Assembly: GCA_026394215.1 (NCBI GenBank)
Contig: JAPKYR010000193.1
Span: forward strand, 1 to 61,682
Origin: a bacterium
Lineage (GTDB): Bacteria > JAJVIF01 > JAPKYR01
Length of the DNA stretch: 61,682 bases
Direction: 5' to 3'
Shown: piece by piece, positions 27,347 through 36,562 of the stretch
How the letters are laid out: every line of letters begins with the position of its first letter
Position numbering within the stretch: position 1 is the first letter of the stretch
The notes under the pieces: model-generated
What the model was told of the DNA's origin: nothing
The model's database searches: none
What the model saw: only the letters and a program-made list of their open reading frames with translations
Made by a program: the position numbers and the translations under genes

Positions 27347-28771
27347 ATGAACAACGAGATCAGAGCGAAGTATAACGAAGTTTATCTGTTACCTCCAGCA
27401 GTAGAGGAGTGGGTACCCGCAGACCATCCCGCGAGATTCATACGGCAGATTGTAGAGAGCCTGGACCTTGATGAAATGGGCTTCAAATGCCGGAAATCGG
27501 AAGTCGGGAATCCAAGTTTCTCGGCGGATCTAATGCTGAAAGCATGGCTGTACGGGTTAATGAAGGGGATTAAGAGCAGCCGGAAGATGGAGGCGGCCTG
27601 CCTTGATTCAATAGCATTGGTGTGGCTGACGGGCAACAAAGCGCCGGATCATAATACGTTCTGGCGCTTTTACCAGGACAACAAGGGCACATTCAAAACT
27701 CTGTTCAGGAAGACGGCCAGGATTGCAGTTGACAGCGGGCTGGTCGGAATGGTTCTGCACGCGGTGGACGGCACGAAAATACAGGCGCTGCCGTCGCCGG
27801 TGAGGGGACAGAGACGCGATAAACTTACGAAACTTTTAAAAGAGCTGGATGAATCGATCGACAAAATGTTTGAGGAGATGGAATCGAACGAGGCGCAGGA
27901 ATCAGGCGAGATGCGGCTTCCCGAGGAACTGCGCGATGCCGCCGTTCTGAAGCAGAGGATTGAAGAGGCGTTGCACGAGATGGACGAGGCCGGTGTGAAC
28001 CACCTTCATCCCGACGATCCCGATGCGAGAATGATAAAGCTGAAGGGGAGAGACGAATTTTGCTACAACGCGCAGGCTGTTGTCGACTCGGAAAGCGGCA
28101 TAATTGTCGCGGAGGATGTTGTGAGCGAGTGCAACGACAACGGTCTTATGAATCGCATGCTTGACGAAGTGGAGGAGAATCTGGGAGATTTGGCGATGGA
28201 ATCGGTGGCGGACGCGGGTTACTTTTCGGCGCGTGATCTTGAAGAGGCCGAGAAACGCGATCGAAATGTGCTGGTGAATATGGAGAATCTGCGCAGCGGG
28301 GACGGGGAAGGCGAGTTTCGCGCGGCAAAATTCAACTTCGATGAAGAGCGCGATTGTGTGGTCTGCCCGCTCGGACAGGACCTTCCGTTTGTCGGGACTT
28401 CGCCTGGCAACAAGGGAAGCAGGGAAGACAGATACCGGGTTTACCGCTGCAAAAAGCGCGACTGTCCCTCCCGATTGCAATGCACAAAAAACAAGCAGGG
28501 CCGTTCAATAAAAATCGGTAAACATCACGCGGCGATGGTGCGTCAAAGAGAAAAACAACGCGATTCTGAAATGCGGCGTCTTCTCGCGGCACGTAAAACT
28601 ATAGTCGAGCCGGTCTTTGGAATAATCAAAGAAGTGTTTGGCTTGAGACGATGGAGCGTGATTGGGATCGAAAAGGTCAGAGCGGTATGGTCGCTCATCT
28701 GCACCGCGTTCAATCTGAAGAAGATGTACAGGTTCTGGATCAGAGGAAAACTCAACCTCTCCGCTGGTTGA
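27347..28771 (+). CDS. IS1182-family (IS5-like DDE) transposase
   Basis: The N-terminus LLPPAVEEWVPADHPARFI and the C-terminus VEPVFGIIKEVFGLRRWSVIGIEKVRAVWSLICTAFNLKK are the hallmark IS1182/IS5 blocks. I could not define the element ends. Confidence 0.85.
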   Translation: MNNEIRAKYNEVYLLPPAVEEWVPADHPARFIRQIVESLDLDEMGFKCRKSEVGNPSFSADLMLKAWLYGLMKGIKSSRKMEAACLDSIALVWLTGNKAPDHNTFWRFYQDNKGTFKTLFRKTARIAVDSGLVGMVLHAVDGTKIQALPSPVRGQRRDKLTKLLKELDESIDKMFEEMESNEAQESGEMRLPEELRDAAVLKQRIEEALHEMDEAGVNHLHPDDPDARMIKLKGRDEFCYNAQAVVDSESGIIVAEDVVSECNDNGLMNRMLDEVEENLGDLAMESVADAGYFSARDLEEAEKRDRNVLVNMENLRSGDGEGEFRAAKFNFDEERDCVVCPLGQDLPFVGTSPGNKGSREDRYRVYRCKKRDCPSRLQCTKNKQGRSIKIGKHHAAMVRQREKQRDSEMRRLLAARKTIVEPVFGIIKEVFGLRRWSVIGIEKVRAVWSLICTAFNLKKMYRFWIRGKLNLSAG

Positions 28772-28869
28772 TTACTTTTTTTTAATAACCTTTCAAATTT
28801 TGTGCTTTATGCCTTTTGAAACGCAATTACAGAATATTTCAGAGACGGGCTCTGGAAGCATATGGCACG

Positions 28870-30375
28870 TCATTCCGAACCAACATCCGGGCCGAGGTCG
28901 CCTACAACCGGCTCAGCGGTACCGGCGCTTGCACTACCAACGTCAACAGGCTGCTCCTCAACAAGCTGCGTCCAGCCTACCTCTCCCGGCACCCATGTAA
29001 ATTGATATCCCCGTTCTTCCAGGATAATTTTGTCTTCCGACGATTCGATCACCTTGACCTCGACATTTGTCACCGGCATTACGACCGTCTCGCCCTCGCG
29101 GAATCCGACACTTCCAGCCTGATATATATTCGCGACCCGGACTGTGTGTACCCATTCGTTGGTCTCATCGATATGGATATCGTTCGTAATCGGTTTAACG
29201 GTAGGCTGCGGGACAAGATCCTCGGGGGTGACCTGTGTCTCTATCTGAGGGGGATACGCATTTTCGGCAATGAAGTTCGGGTCGATTGGCCTTGATCCGA
29301 ATTGGCCCGGATCGGTTTCCGATGATGTAAACGAACCGGGATCGAATTCTGCCCCGCTCCCGAATCCAGGTAACGGCTGCAACTCGCTCGATAGACCGGA
29401 TTGCTGCGACATATCGACGGGGGACGGGATCAGACCATCAGCCGGGTTTACAAGCGGCTCAGTCAGACCCGCGCTGAGATTCGGAATGTCGGGATTTTGC
29501 GCGAGCCATGTTTCGAATTGCTCCTCGCTGTTGATATCCCCGATAAGGTCCTGAGCGACAAGAATCGCTCCTTCGTCCTGCGATCCCGCAAGCAACTTTG
29601 AGAGCCTCTGCCGCGCCGCATCCAGACCGTAATTCGCGATCTGGTTCAGGGCAAGGCCGATTTCAGGGGTCGGGTCGTCAGGGAGACGTTCCAGCGCAAA
29701 CTGAAAATTATAAACCGCAGCCGATAAGGAATCGGTACCAGGATCGGGTGTATATTGAAGATCCGCTGGCCAGTTATAGGGAAGAACGCTCGCAAAATTC
29801 TGGTTTATATATGCCCTCAACTCATGCGGATCGTCCGCGGAGATACATCCCAGCGTGTACAGGCATCCGAGCGCGAGATGGCTTTCGCGATCATCGGGAT
29901 TAACGGCAAGTTCTTCCTGGAATTTCCTGACAGCTTCGGCGGCCTGCCCGTTTTCAATCGCGATCCGTCCCAAAGCCGCGTGCGCACCGGGAAGCCGGGG
30001 ATTGAGTTCTATCGCGCGGGTAAACTGATACAAAGCCCCGAATGAATCGCCATCGAGAAGCAAATCCTGTCCCGAAGCAAGCCGCGCGCGCGCATCATTC
30101 GCCCTTTCCTGCAAGTTTATGACACCTATGATGCCACCAATAATTCCTGCGAATACTACAACGACAAGAATCCAGAGAAGGGGAGAGATACCAGTCGGAA
30201 TTTTTATCCTGAAAGTTCTTGTTTCGGGAATTTCGCTTTCGGTTACTGGGATGGGGATTGGTTGAGTATCCTCCGCCTTCTCCTCAATCGTTTCCGTATC
30301 GGGATTCAGCGGATCATCAACGATAACCGGTTCGAAAACACCCTCGCCATTATTCTGGTCGTTTTTAAACATCAT
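28870..30375 (-). CDS. TPR-repeat membrane-anchored protein, hypothetical
   Basis: One TM helix (LLWILVVVVFAGIIGGIIGVI) followed by TPR-like repeats (GALYQFTRAIELNPRLPGAHAALGRIAIENGQAAEAVRKFQEELAVNPDD). Pro/Gly-rich linker and a C-terminal beta-rich domain. Confidence 0.6.
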   Translation of the reverse strand: MMFKNDQNNGEGVFEPVIVDDPLNPDTETIEEKAEDTQPIPIPVTESEIPETRTFRIKIPTGISPLLWILVVVVFAGIIGGIIGVINLQERANDARARLASGQDLLLDGDSFGALYQFTRAIELNPRLPGAHAALGRIAIENGQAAEAVRKFQEELAVNPDDRESHLALGCLYTLGCISADDPHELRAYINQNFASVLPYNWPADLQYTPDPGTDSLSAAVYNFQFALERLPDDPTPEIGLALNQIANYGLDAARQRLSKLLAGSQDEGAILVAQDLIGDINSEEQFETWLAQNPDIPNLSAGLTEPLVNPADGLIPSPVDMSQQSGLSSELQPLPGFGSGAEFDPGSFTSSETDPGQFGSRPIDPNFIAENAYPPQIETQVTPEDLVPQPTVKPITNDIHIDETNEWVHTVRVANIYQAGSVGFREGETVVMPVTNVEVKVIESSEDKIILEERGYQFTWVPGEVGWTQLVEEQPVDVGSASAGTAEPVVGDLGPDVGSE

Positions 30376-30466
30376 CTCGTAACGTCAGCTAATAATCTCC
30401 CCTGGCCGATCTGAGCAGGGAATTATACATCCCATATATGATACCGCAAATCTGCATTGGGTTCGA

Positions 30467-31689
30467 TCAATTACCGTTGCGTTTTGAGGGATCGATCCCC
30501 AGCGCGCGCATTTTTTTGTAGAGGTGGCTTCGTTCCAGGCCAAGTTCCTCGGCGGTCCGTTTTACGTTACCGCCGCATGCATCCAGGCGGCGTTCGATAA
30601 TTTCCTTTTCGCATGCGGCAATCGCATCCTTCAACGGGGACCTGTCAAATCGGCCCATGGATGTTTCAATCGGATCGCCGTGATCCGTATGAGGAATCGG
30701 ATATGGACGCTCGACCCCGGGAATTACACCCGCAAGGTCGGCGGGAGTTATTTCATCGCCCGGAGTCAGAATCGCGAGCCGCTCCATAATATTTCTAAGC
30801 TCGCGTACATTCCCCGGCCATTTATATGATTTTAAAATCGCAAGCGCGTCGTTCGTGACTCTCTTCGGACGTTTATTGTGTTCCAGCGAATATTTTGCGA
30901 GGAAATATTCCGCGATCATCGGCACATCTTCCGAGTGCTCTCTCAGCGACGGTACATGAATCGGGATTACATTCAGCCTGAAATATAAATCCTGACGGAA
31001 TTCTCCTTTCCCGATTCGCGCTTCCAAATCCTGATTTGTCGCCGCGATAACGCGCACATCGACCTTGATCGGTTTTTTCCCACCGACACGTTCAAGCTCA
31101 TGCTCTTCAAGGACTCTCAATACTAAATCTCCCTCGCGACAATTTCCTTGCCCGTGCCGTTTTCGCCTGTGATCAGGACGCGTGAATTGGTCGGCGCAAC
31201 CCGCTTTACGAGCGACCTGACGCGGTCCAGCGCGGTCGAAGTCCCCACCATGACCGGGACATCCTCCGCCCCCTCTTTCAGCATGATATTCTCGCGCTCA
31301 AGTTCATGAAGTCTGAGAGCGTTGCGGAGTGTGAGAAGAAGGCGTTCGAGGTCGAGGGGTTTTTCAAGGAACGTATACGCGCCAAGCTTGGTGGCATCGA
31401 CAGCGGTGGCGATTGTCGAATGCCCGCTCATCATGATGACTGGGGTTACAGGATTATTCCGCTTGAGTTCACGGAGGACAACCAGCCCGTCGATATCGGG
31501 AAGCCACACGTCGAGAAGTATGCAGTCGACCGGAATTTCGGATGCGCGCGCGAGCCCGTCGGATCCGGTCGCGGCTTTCAAAGGTTCGTAGCCTTCGCTT
31601 GCGAGAATCCCGGAGAGCGTTTTGAGGATATTCTCCTCATCATCGATGATAAGAACTCGTGTCATGGTACAGAAGGGAAAGGATAGCAT
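30467..31689 (-). pseudogene. sigma54-dependent response regulator with an internal deletion (two ORF fragments)
   Basis: Fragment 31123..31689 contains REC plus Walker A (ITGENGTGKEIVAREI) and then stops. Fragment 30467..31120 resumes in another frame at RVLEEHELERVGG...VRVIAATN...WPGNVRELRN...HTH. About 90 aa, including Walker B and the GAFTGA loop, are missing. Confidence 0.75.
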
Positions 31690-31897
31690 AAATTTCCAGT
31701 AGTTAGGTGATTGGAGCTTACTAAATTAACAAAGGAATATTAGGTTGGTTAAGAGGAAAATTTTCAGGAATTCTCTACTTTCCATGTCAGGTTTTCCCAT
31801 CCTCAACCGTTATTAAGATGTTAAAACCTAGACAAGGCTTTTCTCATGGTAAAAGCATTAGGAACAATCCTTTGAAGCATAGAGGAAAAGTGATATC

Positions 31898-32845
31898 ATG
31901 TTTGATATGGTTCAGAAAAAGCAAATCTCCCCGGTTTTCAATCCAAGGAAATCGATTGTAGTCTACCATGGCGATTGTCTGGAGTTGTTAAATACAGTCC
32001 CGGAAGGATTGGTTCAGTTAATTATTACTTCACCGCCATATAATCTAGGAAAAGAATACGAAAAGAAACTGAAATTATCCCAGTATTTGGAGCAACAGGA
32101 AGCGGTGATAACTGAGTGCGTGAGGGTTTTATCGGATAACGGAAGTATCTGCTGGCAGGTTGGAAACTATGTAGACAAAGGAACCATTATCCCATTAGAC
32201 ACAGTCCTCTATCCTATATTCATAAAACTCGGTTTACAGTTACGTAACCGAATTATCTGGCATTTTGAGCATGGCCTTCATTGTTCGAAAAGGTTTTCGG
32301 GACGATATGAAACCATTATATGGTTCACAAAAAGCAATGATTATGTTTTTAACCTAGATCCGATACGGGTTCCGCAAAAGTATCCAGGCAAGAAGCATTT
32401 CAAAGGTCCGAACGCAGGGCAATTTTCATGTAACCCATTGGGGAAGAACCCAGGTGACTTATGGGTAATCCCTAATGTAAAGAGTAATCACGTCGAAAAG
32501 ACCATCCATCCCTGCCAATTCCCGGTTGAGTTAATCGAACGTTTTGTTCTCTCAATGAGTAAAGAGGCCGATTGGGTATTTGACCCGTTCCTAGGTACTG
32601 GTACTACGGCAATCGCGGCTGTAAGGCATAAACGTAAAAGTATGGGAGCTGAAATACACCAGAAATATATCGAAATTATCCATGCCAGAATCGAAAAGGA
32701 ACTTGACGGTACATTACGTACTCGCCCTATGTTTAAACCGGTTTTCAAACCGGAGGATGCAGGTTCGAGTTTAACGACAGCCCCGTGGAAAAATGCCGAT
32801 CTGGAACAGCAAGTGTCTTTGTATAAAGATAGGAAGGAAGTATAA
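31898..32845 (+). CDS. DNA methyltransferase, beta-class N4-cytosine/N6-adenine type (SPPY motif)
   Basis: Catalytic motif IV ITSPPYNLGKEY precedes the SAM motif I DPFLGTGTTAIAA, which is the beta-class order. SPPY is typical of N4-cytosine enzymes such as the BamHI and BglII methylases. Confidence 0.85.
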   Translation: MFDMVQKKQISPVFNPRKSIVVYHGDCLELLNTVPEGLVQLIITSPPYNLGKEYEKKLKLSQYLEQQEAVITECVRVLSDNGSICWQVGNYVDKGTIIPLDTVLYPIFIKLGLQLRNRIIWHFEHGLHCSKRFSGRYETIIWFTKSNDYVFNLDPIRVPQKYPGKKHFKGPNAGQFSCNPLGKNPGDLWVIPNVKSNHVEKTIHPCQFPVELIERFVLSMSKEADWVFDPFLGTGTTAIAAVRHKRKSMGAEIHQKYIEIIHARIEKELDGTLRTRPMFKPVFKPEDAGSSLTTAPWKNADLEQQVSLYKDRKEV

Positions 32846-32851
32846 AGAAAA

Positions 32852-33463
32852 TTGAAAATCATTGAGACATATTCACATCTTAATGGTCTAGAGTTCCTAC
32901 TGGTGCATAAGCCAGCATTATGGACTGAGATTCAAAACGTAATTGAAAGGGTTGATGCGAATAAATACAAAACAAAAGTATCTAAAGAAAAAACAATGCC
33001 GGGGAAGCTCCTTTACAGCCCTATAGACATGAATGCCAAGTTTAAGACCTTCCTTACAAAAGCTGAGTGGGAAGAAAGCAGGGTAGATTATTGGGTAACA
33101 AAAGATGAAAGATTAATTCGAAAAACACTTACGATGGATCCAGCTCTACAAAAGGAGGAGATTATCAAGAGCGGAAATATGCCCATTTATAGTTACAACC
33201 AGACAGATTATGTGAAAGATCGAGTAGCTATTGAAGTCCAATTTGGCAAGTATGCATTTGTAGCTTATGATCTGTTTGTCAAACACCTTGCTTTTTACAT
33301 TGGAGACAAAATAGACCTTGGAATCGAGATTTTACCGATGAAGGAACTTCAAATGAAAATGAGTTCCGGTGTGCCTTATTATGAAGGTGAATTATATAAT
33401 GTTATTCGGCAGGGTCGGGATGTGCCAGCCGTACCGTTGATCATCATAGGAATAATTCCATAG
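32852..33463 (+). CDS. type II restriction endonuclease, BglII/BamHI fold (BglII-like)
   Basis: KDRVAIEVQFGKYAFVAYDLF matches, from memory, the BglII active-site block (D...EVQF, Glu-x-Gln) rather than the BamHI E-x-E. IEILPMKEL resembles the following strand. TTG start 7 nt after the methylase stop. Confidence 0.7.
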   Translation: MKIIETYSHLNGLEFLLVHKPALWTEIQNVIERVDANKYKTKVSKEKTMPGKLLYSPIDMNAKFKTFLTKAEWEESRVDYWVTKDERLIRKTLTMDPALQKEEIIKSGNMPIYSYNQTDYVKDRVAIEVQFGKYAFVAYDLFVKHLAFYIGDKIDLGIEILPMKELQMKMSSGVPYYEGELYNVIRQGRDVPAVPLIIIGIIP

Positions 33464-33478
33464 AGAATTTATTTTGCT

Positions 33479-33503
33479 CAAAAAACCCGACTTTATGTCG
33501 GGT
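33479..33503 (-). terminator. Rho-independent terminator (minus strand)
   Basis: The minus strand reads ACCCGAC-ATAAA-GTCGGGT followed by TTTTTTG, downstream of the 33572..34423 gene. Confidence 0.7.
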
Positions 33504-33571
33504 CAATGGAGGATGGGATATTTATAGGTCGATAAACTTTTTAGTCGATAGAATTTTAATTCAGTAATCGA

Positions 33572-34423
33572 TCAATGAGCCGCGAGCCATGCGTCCATTG
33601 CCTCGACGGCATCCGGTGACAGCAACATCATCATCAGTTTCATCTTCGCGGCATCTTGCTGCATATCGCCCATATGTGCGCGAATCTGCTCTTCAACACC
33701 GGCGCGGGTTTCATCATCCAGCATATTGAGCCATTCCATTCCCGGACGATCCGGGCTGAACATATCCTGTTGATCCGGACCGGGACCCATCATATTTTGC
33801 TGATTCTGATCGGGACCCATATTTTCCGGGGGATTCTGGTTATCCGGATTCATCATATCCTGCTGATTCTGACTGTCAGGACCCATCATGCCATGGCGAT
33901 CCTGCATACGTTCCCGCATGCGATCCATAAATGGCCGCCCGCCCTCGCCGCCATCGCCCCAGTCGCTCATTAACATCTGCTTTTGATCTTCATCGAGAAG
34001 CGCAAACGCACGGTCGAGTACGCCCTGAAGCTGCTCTTTGATTGCTCCGGGATCGACCTGCCCGCGTGTTTCTTCCATGATTGCCCGGAACTCGTCGCGG
34101 TTAATTTCCTCACCCGCGATTACGGAATTCAACTGATCCTCAAGAGCCTGGTGAATCCGGTCCCTTGTATCGCCGCATTGCGCATCAACAACACCTTGTG
34201 CCTCGGTAGCAAGACCCTTCAACGCTTGTACCTGATCGGCTGTCAGTTTTAATCTGTTTATTCCTTCGACCAGACGAATTTCGTTCATGATAAGCTTGAT
34301 ATTTTCATCCTGCATAAGGAATTCCATGCCGAGCATCGCCTGAGGACCCCGATCCATACCGGGTCCCATTCCCATGCCGGGTCCCATATCCGGACCGGGA
34401 CCCATACCCATGCCGGGTCCCAT
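33572..34423 (-). CDS. periplasmic Gly/Met/Pro-rich helical protein (CpxP/Spy/ZraP-like), hypothetical; the signal peptide is encoded upstream of an in-frame TGA (see finding)
   Basis: MGPGMGMGPGPDMGPGMGMGPG repeats, a helical core and a Met/Gln/Asn/Pro-rich region. The frame continues upstream through TGA 34448-34450 to ATG 34582, which has RBS GGAG and a signal peptide MKIKEKRNVSRWGLLAAAAIFIVLLVGGAIYA. Confidence 0.65.
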   Translation of the reverse strand: MGPGMGMGPGPDMGPGMGMGPGMDRGPQAMLGMEFLMQDENIKLIMNEIRLVEGINRLKLTADQVQALKGLATEAQGVVDAQCGDTRDRIHQALEDQLNSVIAGEEINRDEFRAIMEETRGQVDPGAIKEQLQGVLDRAFALLDEDQKQMLMSDWGDGGEGGRPFMDRMRERMQDRHGMMGPDSQNQQDMMNPDNQNPPENMGPDQNQQNMMGPGPDQQDMFSPDRPGMEWLNMLDDETRAGVEEQIRAHMGDMQQDAAKMKLMMMLLSPDAVEAMDAWLAAH

Positions 34424-34760
34424 TTCATGCCCGAAGCCCCGATGATTTCAATCGCCGCGACCCGGTCCCTGCCGGAATCCGCCCTGAGCATAAATAGCTC
34501 CACCGACCAGCAAAACTATAAATATCGCGGCTGCAGCGAGAAGCCCCCATCGCGATACATTCCTTTTTTCCTTTATTTTCATTGTCTCTTACTCCTTTAC
34601 CGAAACTGTCCATGATCAATGCTTTTGACGACAGGTTTGTTCTTTTGTTCCCGAATCGCTATATATTATTCTACCATTTAGCCCAATCATAAAGATTACT
34701 GGTTTTGAATACCGACCGCCATTCATCTTGTGAACCATTGAACAAGCTTTCGACAGCCGA

Positions 34761-34789
34761 TTGACTTTACCTTAAAGGTTCACTATTCT
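34761..34789 (+). promoter_or_regulatory. candidate sigma70-type promoter
   Basis: TTGACT-N17-TATTCT lies about 90 nt upstream of the REC-RAM gene start. Confidence 0.35.
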
Positions 34790-34880
34790 TTCTGTGCATT
34801 TTTTTATCGACGGCTTTGAGAGAAATCCCAAAGCGGGTTGTTGGTTTGACTATAAATAAATACATAAAGGGAGCATCACA

Positions 34881-35876
34881 TTGAAGAGTCGAGTTCTTAT
34901 CATTGATGATGAACCTGAGATTCGAAGAAACCTTACTTTCGGACTAACTCAGGAAGGTTACAGCGCTGTGGCCTGTCCGGATGGAATTTCCGCAATACAT
35001 GAACTGAACAGCGCTCACAGCGCTGGGATTGAATATGATTACCTTGTCACCGATATTTTCATGCCGGATATCGACGGGCTGAAAATTCTGAAAGTTATCA
35101 AGACCATGTATCCCGATCTTCCTGTCCTCGTGATTACCGGGTTCGGCGACGACAACCTTAGATTTACCGCACTTGCCGAATACAATACCGGCTATCTCGA
35201 TAAGCCTTTCGAGATTTCCGACCTGGTTGCCGCTCTCGATGATCTATCGCCGGGATCGACCGGCAATAAACCGGGCTCCGAAACTCAGGTAAGTGTCGAA
35301 CCGGGTATGAGGGAATCGGTAAGCGCCTACATTACTGTCAGGATAACAAAGCCTGAACAAAGCATGCAGATTTTTGAAAAGCTGTACAAGATGGACGGCG
35401 TTCACTCATGCGAAGCGGTCCGCGGCGGAGGAGATTTCGATATTATCATTCTGGCACAGGGGGAATCCGAAGGGGTTATCGATGCGTTGCGCGATAGAAT
35501 TTCCGAGATGGACGGCCTTGAAATAGCGTCGATGTCGGGAGTCGAAAGGCCGAAGCTCGATCGCGACGTAAACGAATTTATCGATATCTATACAAAAGTG
35601 GTCAAACAGCAGGCGCCGTCGGAAAAGGGACTCGGTACAACAAGCTACATTATTGTAGACATCGATAAAAACGCGATACAGCAGATATTCACAACAGTGT
35701 TTTTTATTAACGAGGTTGTATTCTGCGACGTTATCGATGATGGAACCAAACTGGTCGGGATGATTACCGGACGCGGTATTGTCGGGCGCACACCGAAAAT
35801 AATCGAGAAACTCAACCAGATCGACGGCGTCCTTCGCGTTCGCGAAGCGACAGTTATAAAACTCGTAGAGGATTAG
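34881..35876 (+). CDS. response regulator: REC domain + two Lrp/AsnC-type RAM (ligand-binding) domains, no recognisable DNA-binding domain
   Basis: REC domain (VLIIDDEPEIRR...YLVTDIFMPDIDG...LDKPF). Then two ACT-like beta-alpha-beta-beta-alpha-beta units (SAYITVRITKPEQSMQIFEKLYKMDGVHSCEAVRGGGDFDIIILAQ and TSYIIVDIDKNAIQQIFTTVFFINEVVFCDVIDDGTKLVGMITG). TTG start with RBS AAGGGAG. Confidence 0.65.
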   Translation: MKSRVLIIDDEPEIRRNLTFGLTQEGYSAVACPDGISAIHELNSAHSAGIEYDYLVTDIFMPDIDGLKILKVIKTMYPDLPVLVITGFGDDNLRFTALAEYNTGYLDKPFEISDLVAALDDLSPGSTGNKPGSETQVSVEPGMRESVSAYITVRITKPEQSMQIFEKLYKMDGVHSCEAVRGGGDFDIIILAQGESEGVIDALRDRISEMDGLEIASMSGVERPKLDRDVNEFIDIYTKVVKQQAPSEKGLGTTSYIIVDIDKNAIQQIFTTVFFINEVVFCDVIDDGTKLVGMITGRGIVGRTPKIIEKLNQIDGVLRVREATVIKLVED

Positions 35877-36019
35877 CCGTCCCGCACAAAAAGTTTACAT
35901 AAAGCACAAACACCACAAAGCGAAATATTATAACCGGGCATCCATAATATTCAGGCGTGCCGCGATTTTTCATCCTTGCTTATTCACCGGCTTTTTTATT
36001 TATTAAGGAGATTATCAAC

Positions 36020-36526
36020 ATGGCCGACAGAGAAGATAATTTCAGCTATCGCTTATGGCGGTACGACGGGGCTCCCGGAGAATTAATCCCGCTCCTTCAG
36101 TCCGCCCAGATTCATTTCGGCTATATCCCTCGAAGGGCGATCAGCTATATCTCAAGCGTTACGGGAATTCCCGAGTCCGAGGTCTACGGCGTTACGACAT
36201 TTTACAGCCAGTTCCGCCTGCAGCCGACGGGAAAATATGTCATACGAGCCTGTGCAGGAACGGCATGCCATGTGTCCGGCTCCAAACAGATAATCGAAAC
36301 AATCGAGGACGAGCTGGGGGTCGAAGTCGGCGACACGACCAAGGACGGGCTGTTCACTCTGAATACGGTCGCATGTATCGGGTGCTGCTCTCTCTCGCCG
36401 GTAGTGGTGATAAATGACGACACTTTCGGACGCCTGACCCCCTCGAACTTACGAAAACTACTTCGCGGTTACAAGCGTCGCGAAAAATCGGCAAGTACTG
36501 CTGCACCGGTCGGGGAGAATGTTTAA
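36020..36526 (+). CDS. NuoE/HydC-type thioredoxin-like [2Fe-2S] protein
   Basis: ATG at 36020 with RBS AAGGAG. LIPLLQSAQIHFGYIP, CAGTACHVSG and TVACIGCCSLSPVV are the NuoE/24-kDa subunit motifs. Confidence 0.85.
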   Translation: MADREDNFSYRLWRYDGAPGELIPLLQSAQIHFGYIPRRAISYISSVTGIPESEVYGVTTFYSQFRLQPTGKYVIRACAGTACHVSGSKQIIETIEDELGVEVGDTTKDGLFTLNTVACIGCCSLSPVVVINDDTFGRLTPSNLRKLLRGYKRREKSASTAAPVGENV

Positions 36527-36562
36527 TTGAATCGGGTCATCAAAATACAATTGCGAAATATC

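Noticed and set aside
31898-33463. GGATCC (BamHI-type) as the recognition site of the R-M pair
   Set aside because: GGATCC occurs at least ten times in the window, so it is not depleted. The nuclease also has the E-x-Q block rather than the BamHI E-x-E block.
34400-34450. Selenocysteine insertion at the TGA in the CpxP/ZraP-like gene (a GGGACCC...GGGTCCC stem lies downstream)
   Set aside because: The stem is about 30 nt away rather than immediately after the UGA. It is formed by the Gly-Pro-Gly-Met coding repeats. The sequence context (GRGD-x-NHRG) has no redox motif. No sel genes are seen in the window.
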